Shown here one piece after another: positions 37,354 to 47,742 of a DNA stretch of 64,000 bases; position 1 is the stretch's first letter; the number at the start of each line of letters is the position of its first letter. A model generated the notes under the pieces. The model was given only the letters and a program-made list of their open reading frames with translations, had not been told where the DNA came from and did not search any database. Position numbers and translations under genes: made by a program. Location: positions 2,915-66,914 of the forward strand of contig SVJY01000002.1 in the NCBI GenBank assembly GCA_015068765.1. Reading direction: 5' to 3'. This DNA comes from Oscillospiraceae bacterium. Its GTDB lineage: Bacteria; Bacillota; Clostridia; UMGS1883; UMGS1540.

Positions 37354-37626
37354 ATGCTGTTAGAATATATAGTCCCGCTTCTCATCACGGTGTGCCTTGC
37401 GGCGGCGGCATTACTGCTGCTCCGTGCGATGGGTGTGCCGGCCGACGGCAGTGTGGAAATTATCATTACCGGGGATGAAGACGTGGAAAATATTGAGAAT
37501 ACGGTGGCAATGGCAAAGCGGCTTGGCCAGCGGTATTTTAGTAACGCCCGTGTGTATATACGGGGCAGTGACAGTACATATGTAAATGCGTTGTGCAAAC
37601 GGTACGGCGTGCTGAAAAAACAGTAA
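37354..37626 (+). CDS. hypothetical small membrane-anchored protein
   Basis: 90 aa with RBS GCAGGAGG and one N-terminal TM helix (IVPLLITVCLAAAALLLL). No motif recognised. Confidence 0.4.
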   Translation: MLLEYIVPLLITVCLAAAALLLLRAMGVPADGSVEIIITGDEDVENIENTVAMAKRLGQRYFSNARVYIRGSDSTYVNALCKRYGVLKKQ

Positions 37627-37639
37627 AGAGAGGGGTTTT

Positions 37640-39850
37640 ATGGCGGAATTTCTCGTCATAGAGGGTATCGTACAAGAGATTATTTTTCAAAATATCGCAA
37701 ACGGATATACCGTTTGCGATATTGACGTGGAAGGGGTTTTTTCCACTGCAGTGGGCATCATGCCCGGCATTGCACCCGGCGAGGGGGTCCGTTTGACCGG
37801 AAGGTGGACAACCCATGCCGAATACGGTGAGCAGTTTCGGGTGGAAACCTGTGAAAAAATCCTGCCCACCGGTGAAATGCAGATTCTCCAATACCTCTCC
37901 TCCGGTATCATAAAGGGCGTAGGTCCGGCAACGGCACAGAAAATTGTGGACAAGTTCGGTAAGGAGGCACTGGAGGTAATCCGGGACGATCCGGACAGGC
38001 TCGCCACCATTAAAGGAATCAGCCGCAAAAAAGCAGAGGAAATGCAGATTTCCCTTATGGAAAAGCAGGCGGTGCAGAACGTGGTGATGTTCCTCCAGCC
38101 CTATGGGGTAACGCCGAATTTTGCCGTGCGTGTATTTCGGAAATTCGGTCCGTCCACCGTGACCTTAATTGAGCAGAACCCCTATGCTTTGTGTGAGGTG
38201 GAGGGTATCGGCTTTAAAACGGCGGATAAAATTGCAATGCAGATGGGGGCGGATATCACCGGCGAATCGAGGCTAAAAAACGGTGTGAAGTATGTACTGA
38301 CGGAATATTCGGCCGGTGGACATACGTATTTGCCGGAGGAGCTGCTTGTCCGTAGCAGTGCAGAGATTCTGGGTGTGGACGAAGCACTTGTGCAAAACGT
38401 CATAACAGGTATGCTTTTGGAAGGGGTATTGATACAGGAGGCAGGGGATACGGGGCGAAACCTATACCTACCGGCATTCTTTCATGCGGAAATGGGCGTG
38501 GCACGGCGGCTGTATACGATCATGCATACGGGGCAGACCGGGCTGGGTATTCCCATGGAAGCGGCAGTGCACACTGCGGAACGTCGGGCAGGCATTACCC
38601 TTTCCGAGGAGCAACGGAACGCTTGCTTTATGGTCATGCAAAACGGTGCGTCTGTGATCACGGGTGGTCCGGGAACAGGAAAAACAACCGTTATTAACGC
38701 AATTATAGAAATTATGACGGCGGCGGATGCGTCGGTGACGCTGTGTGCCCCCACCGGGCGAGCGGCAAAGCGAATGGCAGAGACCTGCGGCATGGAGGCG
38801 AAAACCATTCATCGTCTTCTGGAACTGAATTTCTCCGGGGACGGGGAACGGCAGACGTTTGGCAGGAACGAAGAAAATCCGCTGGACGAGGACGTTATCA
38901 TTGTAGACGAAATGAGTATGGTGGATGTGCTTTTGATGTACGCCCTTCTCCGTGCCATGAAGCCGGGGGCACGGCTGATTATGGTAGGAGATGCAGACCA
39001 GCTGACGAGTGTGGGTGCCGGGGATGTGCTCCGGGATATATTGCAAAGCGGCACGGTGCCGGTTTGCCGTCTGACCGATATTTACCGGCAGGCGGCAGAA
39101 AGCATGATTGTTGTGGGTGCACATAAAATAAATGCCGGCGAAGCACCGGAGGTAAACCGGAAGGATAAGGATTTCTTTTTGATGCACCGAGAGGACGCAG
39201 AAGGGATTTTGCAGACGATATGCGACGTGTGTGCAGTACGGCTGCCCCGTGCCTATGGACTGGACCCTCTCAAACAGATTCAGGTCATCAGCCCTTCCCG
39301 AAAATCCGCGCTCGGTATCAATGTTCTGAATAAGGCTCTACAGGCACGGCTCAATCCGCCTGCACCCGGCAAGCAGGAAAAGCCCATGCAGGACTGGTGC
39401 TTTCGGGAAGGCGACAAGGTGATGCAGGTACGGAACAATTACGATATTGCCTGGCGGAATCCGGACAGCGAGGAGGGCGGCAACGGGGTATTTAACGGCG
39501 ATGTTGGGCGGATTTATTCCATTAACCAAAAGGGGCGGTATTTAGAAGTATTGTTTGATGAGGAGCGGCTCGTCCGATACGACTTCACGGAACTGGAGGA
39601 CCTGGAAATGGCGTATGCCGTTACGGTACATAAAAGCCAGGGCAGTGAATTTGATGCCGTGGTCATCCCCATGTTCCCTTGTGCACCCCAGCTGATGTGC
39701 AGAAATCTTCTGTATACAGCCGTCACAAGGGCAAAAAAACTGGTTATTCTCGTGGGTAGGGAAAGCGTGATGCACACCATGATTGCAAACAATCGGCAGA
39801 TTGAGCGATATTCGGGGCTTGCCGGTAAAATACGGGGGATGATTCGATGA
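37640..39850 (+). CDS. recD2: ATP-dependent RecD2-like SF1B DNA helicase
   Basis: 736 aa. Walker A VITGGPGTGKTT, DEMSMVD, MVGDADQL, TVHKSQGSEF, and HhH-type N-terminal domains. Confidence 0.9.
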   Translation: MAEFLVIEGIVQEIIFQNIANGYTVCDIDVEGVFSTAVGIMPGIAPGEGVRLTGRWTTHAEYGEQFRVETCEKILPTGEMQILQYLSSGIIKGVGPATAQKIVDKFGKEALEVIRDDPDRLATIKGISRKKAEEMQISLMEKQAVQNVVMFLQPYGVTPNFAVRVFRKFGPSTVTLIEQNPYALCEVEGIGFKTADKIAMQMGADITGESRLKNGVKYVLTEYSAGGHTYLPEELLVRSSAEILGVDEALVQNVITGMLLEGVLIQEAGDTGRNLYLPAFFHAEMGVARRLYTIMHTGQTGLGIPMEAAVHTAERRAGITLSEEQRNACFMVMQNGASVITGGPGTGKTTVINAIIEIMTAADASVTLCAPTGRAAKRMAETCGMEAKTIHRLLELNFSGDGERQTFGRNEENPLDEDVIIVDEMSMVDVLLMYALLRAMKPGARLIMVGDADQLTSVGAGDVLRDILQSGTVPVCRLTDIYRQAAESMIVVGAHKINAGEAPEVNRKDKDFFLMHREDAEGILQTICDVCAVRLPRAYGLDPLKQIQVISPSRKSALGINVLNKALQARLNPPAPGKQEKPMQDWCFREGDKVMQVRNNYDIAWRNPDSEEGGNGVFNGDVGRIYSINQKGRYLEVLFDEERLVRYDFTELEDLEMAYAVTVHKSQGSEFDAVVIPMFPCAPQLMCRNLLYTAVTRAKKLVILVGRESVMHTMIANNRQIERYSGLAGKIRGMIR

Positions 39851-40557
39851 TACGGTGGATATTGCGGCTGCTGTTTCCGCCGAAGTGCGTGTTTTGCAGG
39901 GCGGTCACGGAGAATGAAAATTTTGCAGTTTGTCAAAGCTGTCTCCTCCAAATCCCCCATAACAGACGTGCCTGCAAAATTTGCGGTGCACCGCTGGATA
40001 CCGTGTATGGTGACATGGTTTGCGTACATTGCCGGAAGCATAGACGGGCATTTACAAAAGCATACGTACCTTTTCTGTATAAGGATACAGTACGCACTGC
40101 TATTTTACAGTTTAAATTCGGTGGCAGAAAAGCCAGTGCCGTAACCTTTGCCTCCTTCATTCTGATGAAAATGCGGGAGCTGGAGGCGGATCGCCCGGAC
40201 CTCATTACCTTTGTGCCGATGCACTTTATCCGCTTGGGAAGCCGAGGGTACAATCAGGCGGCCCTTTTGGCACAGGCACTGGGCGAAAAGCTTAATGTGC
40301 CGGTCTGTGCCACACTGCGAAAAACGAAGAATACAATGCCCCAGTCCCGTCGGCGTGGCAGAGACAGGCGGCAAAGCCTGGGCGATGCATTTGCTCTCCG
40401 GCGGAATACGGATATTCAGGGGAAGCGAATTCTCCTTTTGGATGATGTAATTACAACCGGTACCACCCTAAACAGATGCGCGAGTGTTTTGAAAAAGGCA
40501 GGTGCCGACGAAATTCAGATTGCGACTGTGGCGGCAACCCCATACAGTCACAGATAA
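39847..40557 (+). CDS. comFC: ComF-family protein (phosphoribosyltransferase domain)
   Basis: 236 aa with an N-terminal Cys-rich zinc finger (CVFC...CQSC...CKIC...CVHC) and the PRT motif ILLLDDVITTGTT. ATGA overlap with recD2. Confidence 0.8.
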   Translation: MIRWILRLLFPPKCVFCRAVTENENFAVCQSCLLQIPHNRRACKICGAPLDTVYGDMVCVHCRKHRRAFTKAYVPFLYKDTVRTAILQFKFGGRKASAVTFASFILMKMRELEADRPDLITFVPMHFIRLGSRGYNQAALLAQALGEKLNVPVCATLRKTKNTMPQSRRRGRDRRQSLGDAFALRRNTDIQGKRILLLDDVITTGTTLNRCASVLKKAGADEIQIATVAATPYSHR

Positions 40558-40568
40558 GGAGCAGACCA

Positions 40569-41513
40569 ATGATTCCATTACTGGTAATTGCAGGACCAAC
40601 GGCTTCGGGAAAAACGGCACTTGCCATTGAGATTGCCAAAAAAATCGGCGGCGAGGTAGTCTCTGCCGATTCTATGCAGGTTTATAAAGATATGAATATC
40701 GGAACGGCAAAGCCGGATGAAGAGGAAATGGCAGGGATACCGCACCATTTGCTGGACGTGGTTTCACCGGACACGAACTTTTCGCTGGCACAGTTTGCTG
40801 TCCTTGCTCACGAGGCAATCCGGGACATTCATGCCCGGGGAAAGGTACCCATTTTAGCAGGAGGAACAGGGCTTTATATTGACACGGTGACGGAAAACAG
40901 ACCACTGTCCGAAAACGCCTTCGACCCCCGTGTTCGGGAGGAGCTGCAAGCGGCGTGGGAGGTGCAGGGCGGCGAGGCGATGTTTGCGACACTTACCCGT
41001 CTGGACCCGGCAGCGGCAGCCCGTCTGCATCCTAACGAAAAACGGCGGATTTTGCGGGCGTTGGAGATTTATTATACCACCGGAGAGACAAAATCGGCAC
41101 ATTGCAAAAAAAAATCGGAAAAAATTTACGATTATTTTGTATTTGCTCTTGAACTCCCGCGAGAAATTTTGTATAATAGAATAAATAGGCGTGTTGACGT
41201 TATGCTGGAGGCAGGGCTTCTGGAAGAGGTCCGGTCCGTTTACGCTACGCTTCGGGGAAAACAGCGGACGGCACTGCAGGGGGTAGGGTATAAGGAACTG
41301 ATCTGGTTTTTGGAGGGTCGTGCCACCTATGAAGAGGCAGTGGAGCTTCTGAAGCGGAATACCCGGCGTCTTGCGAAGCGGCAGATGACATGGTTTCGGG
41401 CGAATCCCAATATTATCTGGCTGGATGGACAAAAAAAGGTGGAAACGCTTGCCGAAATGTGTGTGGCACGTTTTCTGGATAGGACGGCAGAAGGGGAAGG
41501 AGAAGCACAGTGA
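40569..41513 (+). CDS. miaA: tRNA dimethylallyltransferase
   Basis: ATG 40569 follows AAGGAG. LLVIAGPTASGKTALAIEIAKK, SADSMQVYKDMNIGTAKP. Confidence 0.9.
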   Translation: MIPLLVIAGPTASGKTALAIEIAKKIGGEVVSADSMQVYKDMNIGTAKPDEEEMAGIPHHLLDVVSPDTNFSLAQFAVLAHEAIRDIHARGKVPILAGGTGLYIDTVTENRPLSENAFDPRVREELQAAWEVQGGEAMFATLTRLDPAAAARLHPNEKRRILRALEIYYTTGETKSAHCKKKSEKIYDYFVFALELPREILYNRINRRVDVMLEAGLLEEVRSVYATLRGKQRTALQGVGYKELIWFLEGRATYEEAVELLKRNTRRLAKRQMTWFRANPNIIWLDGQKKVETLAEMCVARFLDRTAEGEGEAQ

Positions 41514-42649
41514 AGCGTAAGATAAAAATAATTGTTTTGGTCGCTGTGGCACTGTTTGCTGTCTGGAATCTGGTTTCCTTTTTCCTCGGAAGAACCTCTA
41601 CGGAAATCGTGCGGTACGGCGTACAGGAGGAGGCGTTTAGTACCACGCTCTATTTGTTTAAGGATGAGGTCGTGATTGAGAGCAAACAAAACGGCGTTCT
41701 CCAGCCTATCACCGCCGACGGTGCCCGCGTTCATAAGGGGGCACGGGTGGGGGCTTTGCTCTCGGCGGATACCCATGAAGGGGCTCTGCATGAATTTTTG
41801 CAGATTCAGGACAGGGTGCAGCGGCTTCAGCTTTATGAAGGGAAGGAAACGTATGCGGAAACCCTTCGTACCGACGGGGAAATTACAGCCATTTCTGCAA
41901 AAATCACAAAAGCGGCAGAAAAGGGCGATATGGAAAAACTTGCGGCACTGAAAGAAGATCTTCTTGTTGCCAAGGATGAAAAAAGTGCGGCGGAAGGACA
42001 GAAGGATACACTGATTCGTCTTCTGGAAGAAAGACAGGCTGCACTGGAACAAAAAATCGGTAACAGCATCGAAGAGGTATTCAGCCCTAGGGCAGGTATT
42101 TTCTTTCAGGGCACGGACGGGCTGGAAAATATCATGAAGACGGAAGCTACGGACACACTTTCCCCGGAAGAGCTGGAGCGTCTGGAGGATCGCATCGGCA
42201 CGTCCGGAGGCGGTTGCAAAATCGTATATAACAACGAGTGGCGAGGCGTCTGTACCATAGATGCTTTCATGGCAGAGAAATTAAAACCGGGACAGGCTGT
42301 TTCGTTGCAGTTTCGAGAATGTGGCGGCGAAAGCTGCCGTGCCAAGGTGAAAGCGGTTTCAGAGGCTGAAAACGGAAAGTGCATGGTTGTGTTTTATTCC
42401 GATAAGTCGCCCCAAAGATTATTGAAATACAGAAGCGTCACAGCTGATGTAATCGTATCCCGGCATGAGGGGCTTCGTGTTCCCACAAAAGCAATCGTGG
42501 AGGAAGACGGTAAGCAGGGCGTGTATGTGCAGACGGTGACGGATCGGGTCTTTAAAACCGTGGAGGTTGCACATCAGGGAGAAAATTATACCATTATCCG
42601 TGAAGGCGAAAATACAGCACTGCGGCTATACGATACGGTCATATATTAA
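41510..42649 (+). CDS. HlyD/membrane-fusion-like protein (single N-terminal TM, coiled coil, beta-barrel)
   Basis: 379 aa with a GTG start overlapping the miaA stop. TM helix IIVLVAVALFAVWNLVSFFL, a central coiled-coil-like Glu/Lys-rich segment and a beta-rich C-terminus. Family call is tentative. Confidence 0.45.
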   Translation: MKRKIKIIVLVAVALFAVWNLVSFFLGRTSTEIVRYGVQEEAFSTTLYLFKDEVVIESKQNGVLQPITADGARVHKGARVGALLSADTHEGALHEFLQIQDRVQRLQLYEGKETYAETLRTDGEITAISAKITKAAEKGDMEKLAALKEDLLVAKDEKSAAEGQKDTLIRLLEERQAALEQKIGNSIEEVFSPRAGIFFQGTDGLENIMKTEATDTLSPEELERLEDRIGTSGGGCKIVYNNEWRGVCTIDAFMAEKLKPGQAVSLQFRECGGESCRAKVKAVSEAENGKCMVVFYSDKSPQRLLKYRSVTADVIVSRHEGLRVPTKAIVEEDGKQGVYVQTVTDRVFKTVEVAHQGENYTIIREGENTALRLYDTVIY

Positions 42650-42659
42650 GGAGGGGTTC

Positions 42660-43367
42660 GTGCTGCAAGCAGAAATACAAAGAAATCTGGAAAGGGTGCA
42701 AATGCACATTGAAAAGGCAGCGGTGCGTGCCGGAAGAAAAAAGGAAGATATTATTCTTCTTGGTGCCACGAAAACCGTGGAGCCGGAACGTATCCGGTAT
42801 GCAGTGGACGCAGGTCTTCGATATATCGGGGAAAACCGGGTGCAGGAGCTTGTGGATAAATTCGGTCAGGTACAGAATGCCCAGTGGCATTTTATAGGAC
42901 ATTTACAGACAAACAAGGTCAAATATATTATAGATAAGGCGGCACTGATTCACGCCGCCGACAGTGCACGTCTTATGGATGAAATTTCCAGACAGGCAGA
43001 AAAGCACGGCATATGTGCGCATGTGCTCCTGGAGGTGAATGCCTCCGGAGAGGAAAGCAAATTCGGCATGGATTTCGATGCAGTTCTTCCCATAATTGAA
43101 GAAAACGAGGGAAGGACAGGGGTGGAGATAGACGGACTGATGACCATCGGTCCGCATACCACAGAGGAGACCGCTGTACGGCAAGCTTTCGCAAAAATGC
43201 GGACGCTGTTTGACCGTATCGGGGCACAGACCTTCCGGCATTGCCGGATGCAGTATCTTTCCATGGGCATGAGCGGCGACTACGGGATCGCCATTGAAGA
43301 AGGAGCAAATATTGTCAGAATCGGCAGTGCAATATTTGGATATAGAAAAAATGGAGGTAAACAGTAA
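42660..43367 (+). CDS. yggS: YggS/YlmE-family PLP homeostasis protein
   Basis: GTG 42660 follows AAGGAGGGG. LLGATKTV, IGENRVQE, WHFIGHLQTNK, LSMGMSGDY, IVRIGSAIFG. Confidence 0.85.
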   Translation: MLQAEIQRNLERVQMHIEKAAVRAGRKKEDIILLGATKTVEPERIRYAVDAGLRYIGENRVQELVDKFGQVQNAQWHFIGHLQTNKVKYIIDKAALIHAADSARLMDEISRQAEKHGICAHVLLEVNASGEESKFGMDFDAVLPIIEENEGRTGVEIDGLMTIGPHTTEETAVRQAFAKMRTLFDRIGAQTFRHCRMQYLSMGMSGDYGIAIEEGANIVRIGSAIFGYRKNGGKQ

Positions 43368-43368
43368 A

Positions 43369-43833
43369 ATGGCAAAGATTTTCGGCAAACTGGGAGAAAT
43401 GATTTTCGGGAGCGAAGAGGACGAATTTGAAGAGTTTGAGGTGGATGAGCTGGAAAAATCCAAGCCGGATTTAAAGCCGCTGAACACTTCACGCACCAAA
43501 TCCTCTACATACGCAGGTAATGCCCGCGTTGTCAGCATGACGGCTACCACACAGCTGGAAGTGGCAGTTCTGCAACCGGCAACGTATGAGGATGCCAGCG
43601 AAATTGCAGACCGCCTCAAAGCGAAGAAGGCAGTTGTGGTGAATCTGGAGGACTTGACAAAGGAAGATGCCATAAAGGTTCTGGATTTTATCAGCGGTGT
43701 AGTTTATGCACTGGAAGGCAACATTCAGAAGGTTTCCGGCGGCATATTCCTCATTGCACCCTATAACGTCAGCATTGCCGGCGATGTCCGGGATGAACTG
43801 AAAAACAAGGGCTTTTTCCCTTGGACGCTGTAA
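43369..43833 (+). CDS. sepF: cell division protein SepF
   Basis: ATG 43369. The protein starts MAKIFGKLGEMIFG, has an acidic linker, then VAVLQPATYEDASEIADRLKAKKAVVVNLEDL. Confidence 0.85.
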   Translation: MAKIFGKLGEMIFGSEEDEFEEFEVDELEKSKPDLKPLNTSRTKSSTYAGNARVVSMTATTQLEVAVLQPATYEDASEIADRLKAKKAVVVNLEDLTKEDAIKVLDFISGVVYALEGNIQKVSGGIFLIAPYNVSIAGDVRDELKNKGFFPWTL

Positions 43834-43874
43834 AATACAAGTGAAGAAAAAAGACAAAAAGGATGTGAAGTGCT

Positions 43875-44480
43875 ATGTTTACACCGCTTGAACTGGAAAA
43901 AATCGAATTCGGCAGTGCTTTTATGGGCGGCTATAAAAAGCAGGACGTGGAAGAAGTATTCAACGAACTGACCGCCGACTATGAAACACTGTACAAGGAA
44001 AACATTTCTCTGAAGGACAAGCTCCAGATGATGCAGAGCCTTGTGGATAAGTATAAGACCATGGAGGATGCCCTTCAGAACGCCCTGTTGCTTGCCCAGA
44101 CGAGTAGCGATGCGGCAGTCCGTTCCGCACAGGAAAAGGCGGACGCTATTGTGAAAGAGGCAGAAGAAAAGGCGGCTTATATTGTGAAAGAAGCGGAGAC
44201 AAGCGTGCAGGCGACACTCCAGCGTGAGGTGGATATGAAGCGAAATATCAGTGTCTTTGCCACCCGTCACATTTCACAGCTTCGCACCCAGATTGAGATT
44301 ATAAACGGCATGGTACAGGATGCAAACGAAGGAACCGTGGCTTACACACCGGCACCTGTGCAGATGCCCAAAGCTTCCGTATCCCATACGGAAATAAACG
44401 AGGCGGCATATGTGCCTGCACCGTCCCCGATGACGGATACGCAGATTGCTACACCCGTTGTACCGCCTGTGCAGGAATAA
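43875..44480 (+). CDS. divIVA: DivIVA-domain protein
   Basis: 201 aa. MFTPLELEKIEFGSAFMGGYKKQDVEEVFNEL followed by coiled coil. Confidence 0.85.
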   Translation: MFTPLELEKIEFGSAFMGGYKKQDVEEVFNELTADYETLYKENISLKDKLQMMQSLVDKYKTMEDALQNALLLAQTSSDAAVRSAQEKADAIVKEAEEKAAYIVKEAETSVQATLQREVDMKRNISVFATRHISQLRTQIEIINGMVQDANEGTVAYTPAPVQMPKASVSHTEINEAAYVPAPSPMTDTQIATPVVPPVQE

Positions 44481-44502
44481 GAGAAGGAAAGGATTGAAAA
44501 CC

Positions 44503-47277
44503 ATGGATTACGGCAAAACACTGAATTTGCCCGAAACCGAGTTCCCTATGCGAGGCAATTTGCCCACCCGGGAGCCGGAAACACTGAAACAGTGGGAAGA
44601 AAATGATTTATATGGCGGACTGATGGAAAAAAATGCCGACAAGCCGCTGTTTGTTTTGCATGACGGACCGCCGTACGCAAACGGCGATATGCATATGGGT
44701 CATGCACTGAACAAAACGCTCAAGGACATCATTGTCCGTTACAAGAACATGAACGGCTACCGTGCCCCTTACATTCACGGCTGGGACACACACGGTCTGC
44801 CCATTGAACGCCAGGCAATTAAAAAGCTGGGCATAAACCGTAGCGAGGTTTCCGTTTCTGCATTCCGGGAGGAATGTAAGAAATTTGCACTCGGCTATGT
44901 AGAAAACCAGAAGAGTCAGATTAAGCGTCTCGGCTCTTTGGGCGATTTTGATAATTCCTATCTGACACTGGCACCCGAATTTGAAGCCAAGCAGATTGAA
45001 ATCTTCGGTGCTATGGCAAAGAAGGGTTATATCTATAAGGGCCTCAAGCCCATCTATTGGTGCCCTGACTGTGAAACGGCACTGGCAGAAGCTGAAATCG
45101 AATATGAAGAAGATAAGACAAACTCCATTTATGTTAAATTCCGCGTTGCCGATGATAAGGGTCTCTTTGCCGATATAAAGGAGCCCGTATACTTTGTAAT
45201 CTGGACCACAACTACCTGGACGCTTCCCGGAAACGTTGCCATTGCATTAAATCCGGACTTTACCTATAGTTTGGTACGTGTCGGCGGCGAGGTCTATGTC
45301 ATTGCCGAAGAGCTGACGGAGACTGTCATGGCGGCAGGCGGCATTTCGGAATACGAAAAAATTGCAGAATACCGGGGCAGTGATTTGGAATATATTACTT
45401 GTGCCCACCCCTTTATGGATAGAACCTCTCTCGTGATTGTGGGTGACCATGTAACACTGGACGCCGGTACGGGCTGTGTACACACAGCACCCGGACACGG
45501 TGCAGAGGACTATGTGGCATGTCGCCCCTATAAAGATATCCCGATTTTAGTGCCTGTGGACAGCAAGGGGTATCTGAACGAGCTGGCAGGCGAATTTAAA
45601 GGACTGCATTATTCCAAGGCAAATCCTGCCATCGAGGAGAAGCTTCGGGAAAAGAATGCACTGTATGCCATTGCCGAAATTATTCACCAGTATCCTCATT
45701 GCTGGCGTTGCCATGAGCCCATTGTATTCCGCGCCACGGAGCAGTGGTTTGCCTCTGTGGACAGCATTAAGGAGGCGGCAGTGGACGCCATTCACAATGT
45801 ACGTTGGATTCCGAAGTGGGGCGAGGAAAGAATCACCAGCATGGTCATGGACAGAGCGGATTGGTGTATTTCCCGGCAGAGAACCTGGGGTGTTCCTATC
45901 CCGATTTTCTACTGTGCCGATTGCGGCGAAGCCCTCATTACAGACGAATCCATTCAGGCAGTGGTCGAGCTCTTCCGTGCGAAGGGCAGCGGTGCGTGGT
46001 ACGAGGTAGATGCTGCTGACATTCTGCCGGCAGGTACTGCCTGCACGTGCGGCTGCACCACATTTACAAAAGAAAAAGACATTATGGACGTTTGGTTTGA
46101 TTCCGGCTCCAGCCATGCCGGCGTTCTGGACGTAAAGGAAGGTCTTCGTTTCCCGGCAGATTTATATCTGGAAGGCAATGACCAGTACAGAGGCTGGTTC
46201 CAGTCCTCGCTTCTGACCTCTATTGCCGCCCGTGGCGAAGCACCTTATAAATCTGTTATCACCCACGGTATGATTGTAGACTCTGACGGACAGAAGATGT
46301 CCAAATCCAAAGGTAACGGTGTAAGTCCGCAGGATATCATCAAGGACTTCGGTGCCGATATTCTCCGCCTCTGGGTGGTTTCCGCAGACTTTAAGACGGA
46401 TATGCGTATTTCTAAGGATATCTTAAAGCAGATGTCTGAGGTATACAGGAAAATCCGCAATACAGCCCGGTACATTCTCGGCAACATTCATGACTTTGAT
46501 CCGGAAAAGGATTTGGTTCCGGTAGAGGAGATGAACGAGCTGGATAAATGGGCGATGATGCGTCTTTCGCAGATGACGGAGAAGGTGCTTGCCGCCTATG
46601 AAAGCTATGATTTCCATTTAATCTATCACGCGATTCACAACTTCTGCGTGGTGGATATGAGTAACTTCTATCTGGATATTATCAAGGATCGCCTGTATGT
46701 GGAAAAGGCAGACAGTACACAGCGTCGTGCGGCACAGACGGTTATGTATACCGTTTTGGATGCCATCGTGCGGCTTTTAGCACCGGTACTTGTATACACC
46801 ACAGAAGAGATTTGGCAGTTCATGCCCCACAAGGCAGGGGATGACAAGCGTAGCGTTCTTTATAACGATATGCCCAAGATCGGTCTCTACAAAAATCCGG
46901 AGCTGGAAGAAAAATGGGATCGCTTTATTAAACTTCGTGCCGATGTCTCGAAGGCACTGGAAAATGCCCGTGCAGAGAAGAAAATCGGTAACTCTGTGGG
47001 TGCCGGTGTTGTGCTCTATGTTTCTGCAGAGATGAAGGCATTTTTGGAAACCTTCGGCGACACATTGCCTACGCTGTTCATTGTTTCTTCCGTCACGCTT
47101 TTGGAAGGAGAAGCGGGCACGGGTGCCTACGCCGGTGAGACAGAGGGCCTGGCAGTGGAAATTACGGAGCCCAAGGGTGAGAAATGCGAACGTTGCTGGC
47201 TTTACAGTACAACCGTGGGCGAGGATGCGGCACACCCCACGCTTTGCAGCCGTTGTGCCGACATTATTAAAGAGTAG
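44503..47277 (+). CDS. ileS: isoleucine--tRNA ligase (type 1, C-terminal zinc finger)
   Basis: ATG 44503. PPYANGDMHMGH (HIGH motif), KMSKSKGN (KMSKS motif), and C-terminal CERCW...CSRC. Only 22 nt lie after divIVA, so there is no room for a leader. Confidence 0.95.
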   Translation: MDYGKTLNLPETEFPMRGNLPTREPETLKQWEENDLYGGLMEKNADKPLFVLHDGPPYANGDMHMGHALNKTLKDIIVRYKNMNGYRAPYIHGWDTHGLPIERQAIKKLGINRSEVSVSAFREECKKFALGYVENQKSQIKRLGSLGDFDNSYLTLAPEFEAKQIEIFGAMAKKGYIYKGLKPIYWCPDCETALAEAEIEYEEDKTNSIYVKFRVADDKGLFADIKEPVYFVIWTTTTWTLPGNVAIALNPDFTYSLVRVGGEVYVIAEELTETVMAAGGISEYEKIAEYRGSDLEYITCAHPFMDRTSLVIVGDHVTLDAGTGCVHTAPGHGAEDYVACRPYKDIPILVPVDSKGYLNELAGEFKGLHYSKANPAIEEKLREKNALYAIAEIIHQYPHCWRCHEPIVFRATEQWFASVDSIKEAAVDAIHNVRWIPKWGEERITSMVMDRADWCISRQRTWGVPIPIFYCADCGEALITDESIQAVVELFRAKGSGAWYEVDAADILPAGTACTCGCTTFTKEKDIMDVWFDSGSSHAGVLDVKEGLRFPADLYLEGNDQYRGWFQSSLLTSIAARGEAPYKSVITHGMIVDSDGQKMSKSKGNGVSPQDIIKDFGADILRLWVVSADFKTDMRISKDILKQMSEVYRKIRNTARYILGNIHDFDPEKDLVPVEEMNELDKWAMMRLSQMTEKVLAAYESYDFHLIYHAIHNFCVVDMSNFYLDIIKDRLYVEKADSTQRRAAQTVMYTVLDAIVRLLAPVLVYTTEEIWQFMPHKAGDDKRSVLYNDMPKIGLYKNPELEEKWDRFIKLRADVSKALENARAEKKIGNSVGAGVVLYVSAEMKAFLETFGDTLPTLFIVSSVTLLEGEAGTGAYAGETEGLAVEITEPKGEKCERCWLYSTTVGEDAAHPTLCSRCADIIKE

Positions 47278-47289
47278 GAGAAAAAAACA

Positions 47290-47742
47290 ATGCTTTGGCT
47301 TCCTGTATTGGTGGGAGTAGTTTCATTTGCGACAGACAGGGTGACGAAATGCCTTGTCTCCGCAAATATGCAAATAAGACAAAGCATACCGGTGCTCAAA
47401 AATATATTTCATATCACGTATCAGACCAATGACGGTGCGGCATTCAGCATTCTCAGCGGTAAGGTGGGTTTCCTGATTGCCGTAACGTTCCTCATTATCG
47501 GGTTGCTCGTCACATATATTTTTGTAAAAAAGCCGAAAAGTAAATTGTTTGGCATAGCGGTATCGCTCATTATTTCCGGTGCACTGGGGAATCTGGCAGA
47601 CAGAATTGTTTTAGGACACGTGGTAGATTTTCTGGACGCACGGTTTATCAATTTTCCGATTTTTAACGTAGCAGATATCTGCGTTGTTTTTGGAGCGGCA
47701 TTGTTTTGTATTTATGTTTTCAGAAGTACGGATTTTGACTGA
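47290..47742 (+). CDS. lspA: signal peptidase II
   Basis: 150 aa. NDGAAFS, GALGNLADR, FNVADI. Confidence 0.9.
   Translation: MLWLPVLVGVVSFATDRVTKCLVSANMQIRQSIPVLKNIFHITYQTNDGAAFSILSGKVGFLIAVTFLIIGLLVTYIFVKKPKSKLFGIAVSLIISGALGNLADRIVLGHVVDFLDARFINFPIFNVADICVVFGAALFCIYVFRSTDFD

Noticed and set aside
44481-44502. T-box leader upstream of ileS, as in Bacillus.
   Set aside because: Only 22 nt separate divIVA and ileS, so there is no room for a leader.
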